Below, one piece after another: positions 39,928 through 50,650 of a DNA stretch of 64,000 nt. Source of the stretch: an uncultured Armatimonadetes bacterium (lineage in GTDB: Bacteria > Armatimonadota > Hebobacteria > Hebobacterales > Hebobacteraceae); NCBI GenBank assembly GCA_963716175.1, contig OY970296.1:3104001-3168000 (forward strand), in the 5' to 3' direction. The first letter of the stretch is position 1. Each line of letters opens with the position of its first letter. The position numbers and the translations under genes are program-made. The notes beneath the pieces were generated by a model. It was not told the origin of the DNA. It searched no databases and saw only the letters and a list, made by a program, of their open reading frames with translations.

Positions 39928-40757
39928 CTGCAAACTACCAAGGACATCTTGCGCAAGATTCGTGCCGTCCGGAGCGTCGAGCAGATCACCCGGGCGATGA
40001 AGACCGTGGCTTCCATCCGGCTGCGCCGAGCAGAGCAGCGGCTGGCTCGGGCCCGGCCCTACCGCACTGAGCTGGTGAGGCTGGCCTCGCAGGTGGCCGC
40101 GGTCACGCAGGAGCACCCGTTCTTGCAGCCGCGCCCGGTGGGGTCCACGCTTGCGGTTGTGGTCACCAGCGACCGGGGCCTGTGCGGAGGGTACAACCTC
40201 GGCGCAGTGCGCCAGGCAGTGGCCCTGGGAGCGCCTGAGGCGGTGGGGGTGGCGGCGGTGGGGCGCAAGGGGCGGGCGCAGATGGCCCGCCGAGGATATG
40301 TGATTGTGGATGAAGTGGTACCCTTGGGAGGTGAGCCCGACGCCCGCGCCATCTGGGAGCTGGGGGGAGGATTGGCGCGCGCTACCTGGCCGGCGAGGTG
40401 GACCGGGTGGTGGTGGTCTACTCGCGCTTCCTGGGTGGGGCCAGCTATCGTGTGCAGGCGGACACCGTGGTGCCACTGGTGGGTCAGGCGGAGGAGGCCG
40501 GCGAGATGATCTTCGAGCCGGAGCCGCCAGAGCTGCTCGCCGGGCTGATGGATCGCTACCTGCGCGCGGTCCTGCTGGGGGCGGTGCTGGAAAGCTCGGC
40601 CAGCGAGCACGCGGCCCGGGTGGCGGCGATGGCCGCGGCCACCGACAACGCGGAGGAGATGGTCCGGGACCTAACCATGGACTACAACAAGGCGCGGCAG
40701 GCGGGTATCACTAAGGAGTTGTCTGAGATTGTCGGCACCGCGGAGGCCACCGCGTAA
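39928..40757 (+). CDS. atpG: ATP synthase F1 subunit gamma (probable CTG start; frameshift in G-run 40362-40367)
   Basis: QITRAMKTVAS, TSDRGLCGGYN, SEHAAR..AM..ATDNA, NKARQAGITKELSEI across two frames. Confidence 0.93.
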
Positions 40758-40865
40758 GCTGCAGGGCGCGCCCACTGTCGGGCAGGAGCCCCTGGGCCGC
40801 GGAGCGACCGGGGTGGCGGCCCGCTGGAAGCGGGCCTAGCCACTTGCCTCCTGCCCCTTGGATAA

Positions 40866-42293
<1,428 letters not shown>

Positions 42294-42298
42294 CGGCC

Positions 42299-42712
42299 AT
42301 GCCCCCGCTGTTCGATCTCAGGGCGATGGCGCGGGAGCGCACCGTCTACTCGGGCCGGGTGAGCAGCGTAGTGGCGCCCGGCCGGGAGGGGTACTTCGGC
42401 GTGCTCGCGCATCACGCGGACATGGTGGCCGAGCTGGGGGTTGGCCGGGCGCAAGTGGTAGAGGAGGCCGGCCGGGTGCGCTGGTTCGCCCTCTCGGGCG
42501 GTTTCCTGGCAGTGGGCGGACACCAGGTGACGATGCTGGCCGATGCCATGGAAGCGGCGGAGGAGGTGGACGTGGCCCGCGCCCAGGCCGCCGCGCAGCG
42601 TGCGGAAGAACGCCTCAGCCTGGGGCGAGAGGAGGTTGACGTGGTGCGGGCGCAGGCGGCGCTGGAACGCGCGCTGAATCGGCTGCGGGTGGCGGAGGCG
42701 AGGCGGGAATAG
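42299..42712 (+). CDS. atpC: ATP synthase F1 subunit epsilon
   Basis: EGYFGVLAHHA, SGGF, ALERALNRL. Confidence 0.94.
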   Translation: MPPLFDLRAMARERTVYSGRVSSVVAPGREGYFGVLAHHADMVAELGVGRAQVVEEAGRVRWFALSGGFLAVGGHQVTMLADAMEAAEEVDVARAQAAAQRAEERLSLGREEVDVVRAQAALERALNRLRVAEARRE

Positions 42713-42755
42713 TCGAAGCAGAGTCCTAGCCCGAGTTCCATTCCGAGGAGCGGCT

Positions 42756-44054
42756 ATGATCGAAGACGGCTGGCGCATCATCGGCGGACGCCCCCTGCAG
42801 GGAAGGGTCAGACCCTCTGGCAGCAAGAACGGCGCGCTTCCTACCCTGGCGGCGACGCTGCTGCTCGAGGGCGAGGCCCTGCTGCACAACGTGCCTCGCA
42901 TCGCTGATGTCGAGACCATGCTCGGGCTGCTGCGCAGCTTCGGCCTGGCGGTGGAATGGGCGGCCGACGGCAGCCTGCGGGTAGTGAACCGCGGCATCGA
43001 GACCCACCGCGCGCCGCTGGAGCTGGCGGGCCGCATGCGTGCCTCGCACTACCTGCTGGGCCCCTTGCTGGCCAGGCTGGGGAGGGCCGAGATTCCCTAT
43101 CCCGGCGGATGCGCCATCGGGGAGCGGCCCGTGGATTACATCCTTGCCGGCCTGGAGGCGCTGGGTGGCGAGAGCCGGGTGGACGAGGCTGGGATCAGGG
43201 TGCGCGCCATGCGGCTGGTCGGCGCGCGCTTCTCCCTCGACCCGGTGTTCCGCAGCCCCGGCGCCACCTTCAACCTGCTCATGGCGGCCTCGCTCGCCAG
43301 GGGCAGTACGGTGATTGAGAACGCTTCCTTCGAGCCGGACGTGATCGCCTTCTGCCAGTACCTGACCGCGGCCGGCGCACAAATCGAGGGCGCGGGCACT
43401 ACCAGCATCACGGTGCGAGGTAGGAAGGCGCTGCACAGCGTCGAGCACACCGTGAACTGCGACCGGCTGGAGGCGGGCACGTTCTTCTGCGCCGCTTCCG
43501 CGTCGCGGGGCGCAATCACCGTCGAGGGCATCGGCCGGGGCGAGCTGGGGGCGATCCCAGACAAGCTCGAGGAGGCGGGCGTGCTTCTGCAGGAGCGCGA
43601 TGGCGGCCTGACCGCGGTCGGCACGGAGCGCCCACGTGGCATCTCCGTAGTAACGCAGCCGTTCCCTCACTTTCCGACCGATCTGCAGCCGCCCCTGGCG
43701 GCCGTGCTCGCCACCGCCGAGGGCACGAGCAGCGTCCGGGATAGCATCTTCGACATGCGCTTGCAGTATGTCGAGCCCTTGCTCGCGATGGGCGCGAGTA
43801 TCCGCCAGCTCGACGCCCGCACCGTGGAGATCGCCGGGGTGCCGCGCCTGCACGGGGCCGCCGTGGAGGCATTCAACATCCGCGACGGCGCGGCCCTGGT
43901 GGTGGCCGCGCTGGGAGCGGAAGGGGAGAGCCACGTGCTGGGCCGGCGCTTCGTCGCCCGCGGCTATCAGGATCTGGACAGCAAGCTGCGCGCCCTGGGG
44001 GCGGAGATCAGCCTCATCGAGCAGCCCTCGCAGACCGTCGCCGATCGGCCTTAG
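42756..44054 (+). CDS. murA: UDP-N-acetylglucosamine 1-carboxyvinyltransferase
   Basis: SGSKNGALP, MRAS, PGGCAIGERPVD, DRLEAGT, FPTDLQ, RGY. Confidence 0.95.
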   Translation: MIEDGWRIIGGRPLQGRVRPSGSKNGALPTLAATLLLEGEALLHNVPRIADVETMLGLLRSFGLAVEWAADGSLRVVNRGIETHRAPLELAGRMRASHYLLGPLLARLGRAEIPYPGGCAIGERPVDYILAGLEALGGESRVDEAGIRVRAMRLVGARFSLDPVFRSPGATFNLLMAASLARGSTVIENASFEPDVIAFCQYLTAAGAQIEGAGTTSITVRGRKALHSVEHTVNCDRLEAGTFFCAASASRGAITVEGIGRGELGAIPDKLEEAGVLLQERDGGLTAVGTERPRGISVVTQPFPHFPTDLQPPLAAVLATAEGTSSVRDSIFDMRLQYVEPLLAMGASIRQLDARTVEIAGVPRLHGAAVEAFNIRDGAALVVAALGAEGESHVLGRRFVARGYQDLDSKLRALGAEISLIEQPSQTVADRP

Positions 44055-44117
44055 AGGCTGTACCAAACCCCGGTCGAGTGGACTGTCATAATGCCCCAGT
44101 GGCTTTGATACAGCCCC
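44054..44117. mobile_element. Short IS-end-like inverted repeat (mini-MITE) at murA stop
   Basis: GAGGCTGTACCAAA ... TTTGATACAGCCCC (12/14 inverted match). Confidence 0.45.
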
Positions 44118-44212
44118 GCAGATGGTTGTGTCAGACCCGGAATATGCACACGCTCAGGAGCCGCGCAGGGGTATCCCATCGCTATTCAACATGGGCAGGT
44201 TGTCTCACTGTC

Positions 44213-44341
44213 TTACCGCGTCACCTTCCTTCTCTCCAATTCACACCAAGCGTTGAAGGTCAGCCGACCTGAGGTGGCTCCGCCAAGACAGGCCGAAACG
44301 CAGAGGCACATCGCGAATACCAACGCCGGTTTCCTCACCAT
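44213..44341 (-). pseudogene. Truncated secreted-protein gene start
   Basis: AAGGAGG RBS + MVRKPALVFAMCLCVSACLGGATSGRL.. runs through the 17-bp IR and stops at 42 aa. Confidence 0.5.
44238..44254 (+). repeat. 17-bp inverted repeat, left arm
   Basis: AATTCACACCAAGCGTT; exact reverse complement at 45754-45770. Confidence 0.85.
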
Positions 44342-44380
44342 TCCCTCCTTGTCTGGGGCTCGCGAGAGCGCAAAGGGCTC

Positions 44381-45733
44381 CTACTCCTCCACGATCTGCA
44401 CCTCCATGATACGGGCGTCGAGGCTCCAGCTGCGGCACATGAGTGTGTGGAGGTGGTCGGGGCCGTCCCAGATCGGGCGGGTACCCCAGAAGACGCTCGC
44501 ATCGAAGCGCGTGGTCTCGACCCCGTCCACGACTATCGCACCCCCGTCTGCGGGGAAGGTATGGGGAACGGCAGCGATGTAGGCGAGGTGCTTGCTGTCC
44601 GGGCTGAAAGCGAGGGCCCAGACTCCATTGTACTGAGGGCCCTCAGCGCCGTCGGCAACCACAAGCCACTTTGTCCCGAGGGCGGCAGCATAGGCCAGTC
44701 GGCGGCTGTCAGGGCTGAAGGTTGGCGCCGAGCAGCCGTCATAGGCTTCCCCCTCGACTCCATCCAGCACCACCATGCCTTTGCCATCACGGGCGGCGCA
44801 GTAGGCGAGATGGGCGCTGTCAGGGCTGTAGACCGGGTTAGAGCGGTAACGGATGGCGTCGTATGCTTTTCCCTCGACTCCACCGGCGACGACGAACCAT
44901 GACGTCCCCCGCCTCGCCCGATAGCAGAAGTGCTTCCCGTCGGGGCTGAAGGTCAGGGACTCGGGGGAAACCTCGTCATACTCTTTCCGGCGCTCTCCAT
45001 CCACCACCACGAAGAACGCATCCCCGCTTTTCGCGGCGAAGGCCAGCCGCGTTCCGTCCGGGCTCAGGACAGGACGCAGGACTAGATCGTACCGCTCGCC
45101 CTCCTGGCAGTCGGCCACGACGAACCACTGCCCGCCGGCCTTGGCCAAGTAAGCCACGTGCTTCCCCTCGGCGTCGAAGGCGATTGGCCCGCCGACCTCG
45201 TCGTACTCCTTCCCCTCCACCCCGTCCACCACCGCCAGCCACCTCTCTCCTTTCTTCGCAAGGTAAGCGAAGCGCCTGCTGTCAGGGCTGAAGACAAGCG
45301 GCATCTGGACTTCATCGTATTGCTTCTGCTCCACCCCGTCCAGGACGACGGAGCAGCGCGACCGCCTGCTTGCGCGGGCGACGAAGGCCAGCCGCTTGCC
45401 GTCAGGGCTCCATGTGGCCGGGTAATCATCATCGATGCCCGCCAGCCCCGGCCCGTAGGCCTGCCCGTCCACCGCCATCACCATCCGCTTCTTGGCGAAG
45501 AAGCGGGCGACGGGATGGGCCTCGTGGCGGTTGTCCGGGCTGGCCACAACCCAGGTGAAGGACCGGGTTTCGCCGGACAGGGTCGCCAGCAGGTCCCCCT
45601 CGTGGATCTTGGCGAGGGTGGTCTCAGTCACGGTCAGCTTCAGCTTCGGCGGGTCCTCGGCGGCCGGTGAACGGCCCGCCGCGAGCGCCACGGCTGCTAG
45701 CGCCGCGAGCACGAATGCGAAGGCTGTTCTCAT
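44381..45733 (-). CDS. Secreted TolB/WD40-like (PD40) repeat protein
   Basis: Signal peptide; about 8 repeats of roughly 40 aa, FSPD.K..AY.A..G..W.VVVDG.EG..YD. Confidence 0.85.
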   Translation of the reverse strand: MRTAFAFVLAALAAVALAAGRSPAAEDPPKLKLTVTETTLAKIHEGDLLATLSGETRSFTWVVASPDNRHEAHPVARFFAKKRMVMAVDGQAYGPGLAGIDDDYPATWSPDGKRLAFVARASRRSRCSVVLDGVEQKQYDEVQMPLVFSPDSRRFAYLAKKGERWLAVVDGVEGKEYDEVGGPIAFDAEGKHVAYLAKAGGQWFVVADCQEGERYDLVLRPVLSPDGTRLAFAAKSGDAFFVVVDGERRKEYDEVSPESLTFSPDGKHFCYRARRGTSWFVVAGGVEGKAYDAIRYRSNPVYSPDSAHLAYCAARDGKGMVVLDGVEGEAYDGCSAPTFSPDSRRLAYAAALGTKWLVVADGAEGPQYNGVWALAFSPDSKHLAYIAAVPHTFPADGGAIVVDGVETTRFDASVFWGTRPIWDGPDHLHTLMCRSWSLDARIMEVQIVEE

Positions 45734-45753
45734 CGAGCGTCCCTCCCCAGCCA

Positions 45754-45770
45754 AACGCTTGGTGTGAATT
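45754..45770 (-). repeat. 17-bp inverted repeat, right arm
   Basis: AACGCTTGGTGTGAATT, just upstream of the gene's RBS. Confidence 0.85.
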
Positions 45771-45826
45771 AGACCCAGATCATGCGTAGGCGAGGGCTGA
45801 AAGCTGAGAAGTGCCCACTATGCGTA

Positions 45827-45952
45827 GAGAGCATTTCATAACCTACCTGCTGGCTGGCCGCACTACGCCCTCGCATGAAATGCGCCTGCCACTGCCTGAC
45901 GTTGTGCAGTGCTGTTTCATAACCTCCCCTGGGAAGGTTATGAAACAGCTTC
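45827..45952 (+). mobile_element. 126-bp MITE-like element, copy 3 (TA-flanked)
   Basis: TA at 45825-45826 and 45953-45954; both ends share TTTCATAACCT as an inverted repeat. Confidence 0.85.
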
Positions 45953-46127
45953 TAGACTTTCTTGTCTCAGCCGATTCACCTACAAGTTGAAAGGTCGCCC
46001 TCAAGAGAAGCATGAATTTGCCTTGTCTTCTTGCTCATTTGCTTTTTCCTACGCATAATCTCGGTTAGAGGCTCTTGGGCCAGCCCAGGTTCCTCATCAT
46101 CAGAGAGGCGGACGGCGGGGCGGCCTG

Positions 46128-46967
46128 TTAGGCGTCGCGCACTGCGCCCACAGCGATCTCGATGCTGCGGCGCATGGCGCTGGCGAATGCGATGACTGCC
46201 TTCTCTGCCGCCTGCACCTTCGTATAGCCGGAGAGGAAGTAGTCCCAGCCCGAGAGGTAGTAGCTGGCGTAGCTCTCCGCCAGCGCCACTTCGCCCAGGT
46301 GCGCGAGCAATGAGACCACGCGCGTGCGATTGGCCGACCACGCCTCCTGGGGTGGCACGCCGAGCGTCGTGAGCACCCGCGGGCCGGTGGGCGAGAGCTG
46401 CCAGTTCAGATCCCGGAGCACCGCGGGCAGGTGGGCATCGGCCTTGTCGATCATCCGCAGCGGAAGTGCCTCCACGCGGGGAGCGAGCGCGAGCACGCTC
46501 TTGCGGTCGAGTTCCCGGATGCGGTCGGCTTGTGGGCAGTCCTCATGTAGTGGCTCACCGAACACTGTCTTGAGTGTGCCTTCGGGCGCCGGGCAGTAGT
46601 CAGGGTCGGCCAGCAGGCGATTGAGCAACACGAGCTGCGGCTCGGGGAAGTGGATCGGATCGCTCACGCGAGCCCGGTAGGCGCCGATGACCTGTGACCT
46701 GATGCCGAGCGTGCTCTGCAGGCTGAACCGGCCGGCGGCAGCGTCCGTATCCCTGAACAGCAAATGGATATCAACGTCACTCAGCTCGGGAACATAGTCG
46801 AGCGGCGAATCCCAGGCCTTGATCGCCGATCCTTTGACGTAGATTCCCGTGATTTCGCCGGCGGGCACGAAGGCGAGGAGCGTCTCGACAAAGGCGTCAA
46901 TCAGGCCATCCACTTCCCGCCGGATACGTTCCTTGCTCGGGTACTTCGCCGACCAGGCGAGATCCAA
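46128..46967 (-). CDS. Nucleotidyltransferase-fold hypothetical protein
   Basis: GIYVKGSA.........SDVDIH (GS...DxD motif). Confidence 0.7.
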   Translation of the reverse strand: MDLAWSAKYPSKERIRREVDGLIDAFVETLLAFVPAGEITGIYVKGSAIKAWDSPLDYVPELSDVDIHLLFRDTDAAAGRFSLQSTLGIRSQVIGAYRARVSDPIHFPEPQLVLLNRLLADPDYCPAPEGTLKTVFGEPLHEDCPQADRIRELDRKSVLALAPRVEALPLRMIDKADAHLPAVLRDLNWQLSPTGPRVLTTLGVPPQEAWSANRTRVVSLLAHLGEVALAESYASYYLSGWDYFLSGYTKVQAAEKAVIAFASAMRRSIEIAVGAVRDA

Positions 46968-47044
46968 GCCGCCCTCCTGACGCGCGTGCGCTCTCTGAGC
47001 ACCGCGGACTGCCTGCTGACTTCCGGTGCGGCCTGGTGGCCAGG

Positions 47045-48259
47045 TCAGTAGGCGCGGCCCACCTTCTCCTGCTGGAACCCGGCCTGGATCACCTGCATCG
47101 CCTGCTGCGCCAGCTTCTCCACCGTGCTCTTGTGGAAGTCGGCATCCTCGGGGGTGATGGCGAAGAGCGTCTGTCCCCGTGCCTGCACCAGGGTCTGCTC
47201 CCCCGCCTGGGTCAGTGTGACTTCCAGAGGCCGAAGATCGGAGAGCAGCAGCCGGTTGAAAGCATCGGACGCGCGCTGGGCTCGGGTCAGTGGAGAGTTC
47301 CCTGCCACCTCCACTGCCGGCTGGAAGACCGACGCTGACCAGGGCTCTACGCCACCCGAGGTAGTGAGCCGCAGTTCCCCGATCTCCCGGCCTTCCACGG
47401 TCACCGCCACTGCCACCGCCGTCAGCGACTTCGTCACCCGCCGGCGCTCGATCGGGATCTTGAGGTCGTTGAGTTCGCTGGTGATGGCGGCGATCCGCTC
47501 TTCCGGGTAGGGGTGAGTCTGGAAGACGCCCTGCTGCACTGGGGCCTCGCCCCCCTCCAGGCGGGCCAGGCCCTCGGCGACAGTGAGCATCGCCACCGGG
47601 TTGTAGACCTTGCTGGCATTCAGGTAGAGCACCGCGTTGTGATCCGCCTCCAGCTCCGCCCCTCTCCCGTAATGGTTCAGCGCGTCCTCTACCACCAGGC
47701 TGCCCACCATCGCAATCGCGCCGGGGTCCACGCTGCTGGATCTGCTCAGGATCGAGCCCAGCACGATCGGCCCCAGAATCCTATTATAGCGGTCGTTCTT
47801 GCTCATCATCTTGCGGGAGTGGCCCAGGCAGACGTGAGCCATCTCGTGCCCCGCCACCGCGGCCAGCTCGTCATCCGACTCCACCGCATCCAGCAGCCCC
47901 TGAGTGAAGTAGAGATAGCCGCCAGGCAGGGAGAAGGCGTTGATCGCCTTGCTGTCTACCACCTTCACCTGATAGCTGAGATGCGGCTTCTGGGTGACAG
48001 GGCGGAGCCGGTCCACGATGGCGGTGATGCGCGGCAGGGCCGGCGAGTCCTTGATCATCTTGAACTGCTTCGCCACCGCCTCGTCCGCCGATTTGCCAAT
48101 GTCGGCGTCGGCCTTCTCCTCGGGGGTCATCTCCACGGACCCGGAGGCCGCAGGCGTCCCCGCGGCCTGCTCGGCCGCCGACCCAGGCCCTGCCCCCGGG
48201 CCAGCCAGGCCCAGCGCCAGCAGCGCCAGGATCAGACTCAGCTTGCCGACTTCCCGCAC
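47045..48259 (-). CDS. M48 family zinc metallopeptidase, exported
   Basis: NAFSLPGG, ELAAVAGHEMAHV, ELEAD, THP..EERI; signal peptide. Confidence 0.92.
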   Translation of the reverse strand: MREVGKLSLILALLALGLAGPGAGPGSAAEQAAGTPAASGSVEMTPEEKADADIGKSADEAVAKQFKMIKDSPALPRITAIVDRLRPVTQKPHLSYQVKVVDSKAINAFSLPGGYLYFTQGLLDAVESDDELAAVAGHEMAHVCLGHSRKMMSKNDRYNRILGPIVLGSILSRSSSVDPGAIAMVGSLVVEDALNHYGRGAELEADHNAVLYLNASKVYNPVAMLTVAEGLARLEGGEAPVQQGVFQTHPYPEERIAAITSELNDLKIPIERRRVTKSLTAVAVAVTVEGREIGELRLTTSGGVEPWSASVFQPAVEVAGNSPLTRAQRASDAFNRLLLSDLRPLEVTLTQAGEQTLVQARGQTLFAITPEDADFHKSTVEKLAQQAMQVIQAGFQQEKVGRAY

Positions 48260-48596
48260 GTCTTCGCTCCGCAGCGCCCCTGCGCTCCGCCGCATCAGGC
48301 AATAAGCCCAAGTGCGCAGACCGGGCCGGAGCGGCTCGCGACAGGGCCCGGCTAGCACTCGTGTATGCAGACATGACCAGTATACCATGCCAGGGGCCTC
48401 CTAAGCGCGGCCCCATTTCCACCGCGCTGGGCCGGCACAAGCACAGCCGCATCGTGTCCCCGACATGCACACGAATCGTGGTATATAGCCACCGACGGCA
48501 CGGTGGCAGGGGTAGCCGCCCCGATGCCGGGGTAGCATATATCCAGGCGATGACGCGCACTTCCCAGGGTCAAGGGGCCGGGAGAGGACAGGCACT

Positions 48597-49214
48597 ATGA
48601 GCTCGAGACAACGGGAGTCGGCCTTCGGCGGGGTGCGTACCGAGACCCGGCAGGATTACCAGGTGATGATTGACTACATCAAAGACCAGATCGGGGAAGG
48701 TCGGGAATACCTGAACGACCTGGTCCGGGTGGTGCTATCGGATCGGGGATGCTACTACGAGTTCCGGGACATGCCGGAGGAGTTCTCCGGCGCGGTGGGC
48801 TCGGGGTTCCGCTATGAGTTCATCGGCACCCAGAAGAGCCGGGAGCTGTTGAGCGCCATCCAGGCCCTGATGGCCGCCCCCGAGACCGCGGACACGCTCG
48901 AGATCAGCTTGATGGTGGTGTACGGGTGGGACGGACTGTTCCGGCGGGAGGATATGTTCGTCTACCACTGGGCCCGCGACGGCGGTGAGGAGGAGGGGCC
49001 GGTGATGGTGGGCGTCTACCGGCCGGAGGTGCTTCCCTTGTTCTTCAAGCTCAAGGTGGACAGCCCGCTGGCCGAGCCCCTGCTCGGGGCCGCCAGGGGT
49101 GTCCTCTTCTTCGTAGCCAATCTCAGCGACCAGCACCTGCTGGTCCGGATCCCACACATGGGCCCCGGCGTCACCGACCTGAACGAGCCTCACGGGCCCA
49201 GGCTCATCCACTGA
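48597..49214 (+). CDS. Hypothetical protein
   Basis: 205-aa ORF with typical codon bias and RBS. Confidence 0.7.
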   Translation: MSSRQRESAFGGVRTETRQDYQVMIDYIKDQIGEGREYLNDLVRVVLSDRGCYYEFRDMPEEFSGAVGSGFRYEFIGTQKSRELLSAIQALMAAPETADTLEISLMVVYGWDGLFRREDMFVYHWARDGGEEEGPVMVGVYRPEVLPLFFKLKVDSPLAEPLLGAARGVLFFVANLSDQHLLVRIPHMGPGVTDLNEPHGPRLIH

Positions 49215-49238
49215 TCGCAGCGCGAATCAGCTATCCTA

Positions 49239-49276
49239 CACCGACCCGGCCCGGAAGGCCGGGTCGGTGCGTTTCT
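49239..49276 (+). terminator. Probable intrinsic terminator
   Basis: 13-bp stem CACCGACCCGGCC/GGCCGGGTCGGTG followed by CGTTTCT. Confidence 0.55.
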
Positions 49277-49479
49277 CCGACTCCTGCGGGCGGCTAGAGT
49301 TCCGCCGCCCGCCAGTCCGACCAGCGCCAGCACGGGCTTGCCCTGCCTCATGGCTGTATGCTATACTTGCTCCGATGGTCTGGCAGACCCGTCCCCCTGG
49401 CGATTCCCTCGCCAGGCTTTTCTTAGAGGGCTGCATCCGAACTGGACATCACTGCCTGCGCGCTGGGAGGTGAGCTGCG

Positions 49480-49827
49480 ATGACGATGCTGACCGAGCTG
49501 GAGAAGGGGCAACTGCGCGGCGATCTGCCGGAGTTCGGGCCCGGCGATAATGTCACCGTCAGAATCCGCGTCACCGAGGGGGGCAAAGAGCGCGTGCAGC
49601 CCTATGAGGGTGTGGTCATCGCCCGGCGCAATCAGGGCCTGAAGGAGACCTTCACCGTCCGCCGGGTCACTCATGGCGTGGGCGTGGAGCGCACCTTCCT
49701 CTTGCATTCGCCGCGGCTGGAGAGCATCAAGGTCACGCGGCACGGCAAGGTGCGGCGGGCCAAGCTCTACTACCTGCGGGGCCGGGTGGGCCGGGCCGCC
49801 CGCATCAAAGAGGATCGTCGCTCCTAG
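49480..49827 (+). CDS. rplS: 50S ribosomal protein L19
   Basis: [31 protein letters not shown]. Confidence 0.97.
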   Translation: MTMLTELEKGQLRGDLPEFGPGDNVTVRIRVTEGGKERVQPYEGVVIARRNQGLKETFTVRRVTHGVGVERTFLLHSPRLESIKVTRHGKVRRAKLYYLRGRVGRAARIKEDRRS

Positions 49828-49828
49828 C

Positions 49829-50650
49829 ATGAACCCGGACCAGCCCTGGCAGATCGCCGCCCTGATCGGGCTGCTGACACTGTGCCGACTGCTGTGGGGT
49901 CGCTGGCGGCGATCCCCGGCGCGAGGCTTCCTGCTGGAGCTGTTCGACTCCGGGCTGATCGCATTCGCCCTGGTCTTCCTGCTCATCCGGCCCTTCGTGG
50001 TGCAGTCCTTCTACATCCCTTCAGCCTCTATGGAGCCCACCCTGATGGGGCCTGAGGTGGAGGGAGATGGATCCGCCCTGGGCCGGCAGGCCTGGAGCGC
50101 GCCCTTCGCAGTCGGGCCCCGCATCAGCCTGCGGTCCATGAGGGGAGATCACATCCTGGTCAACAAGTTCATCTACCGCCTCACCCCTCCTCGGCGGGGC
50201 GACATCATCGTGTTCCGGGCCCCGCCCCAGGCACTTCACGGCGGCCCCCCGAGCGATTTCATCAAGCGCCTGGTCGGGCTCCCGGGAGACCTGATCGAGA
50301 TCAGGCGAGGGCTGGGCGTCTTCGTGAACGGCGCGCGGCTGCGCGAACCGGCCGCTATCCCCCTGCCCGACTACGACTGGCCCGTGGATCGGGTGGGCCT
50401 GCCCAGCGGCAGGCCCTACCAGGTCCCGCCAGACTGCTACTTCGTGCTCGGCGACAACCGCAACCACAGCTACGACAGCCACGCCTGGCAGCTACCTGAC
50501 GGCTCGCCCCAGCCGGAGCTGGCACAGGGCCTGGTGCTCGGCAAGGCCATGGCCATCTTCTGGCCCCCGGGCAGGGCCCGGCTGCTGGGGGATAGCGCGC
50601 AGGTCTACCTGCCAAGCGTGCGCATCGCGCAGCAGATGAAGAGCATATGA
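49829..50650 (+). CDS. lepB: Signal peptidase I (copy 1)
   Basis: IPSASMEPTL, RGDIIVF, FIKRLVGLPGD, GDNRNHSYDS. Confidence 0.93.
   Translation: MNPDQPWQIAALIGLLTLCRLLWGRWRRSPARGFLLELFDSGLIAFALVFLLIRPFVVQSFYIPSASMEPTLMGPEVEGDGSALGRQAWSAPFAVGPRISLRSMRGDHILVNKFIYRLTPPRRGDIIVFRAPPQALHGGPPSDFIKRLVGLPGDLIEIRRGLGVFVNGARLREPAAIPLPDYDWPVDRVGLPSGRPYQVPPDCYFVLGDNRNHSYDSHAWQLPDGSPQPELAQGLVLGKAMAIFWPPGRARLLGDSAQVYLPSVRIAQQMKSI

Noticed and set aside
46127-46133. GCCTAAC overlapping the stop of ORF 46128-46967 as an integron attC inverse core
   Set aside because: No matching GTTRRRY or attC hairpin downstream on that strand, and no integron integrase in the window
48352-48378. CIRCE (HrcA) operator
   Set aside because: Only a left half-site (CTAGCACTC) is present, and it is not upstream of a chaperone gene
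49374-49450. Ribosomal L19 leader RNA
   Set aside because: The position fits and a weak stem exists, but I cannot match it confidently to the known consensus
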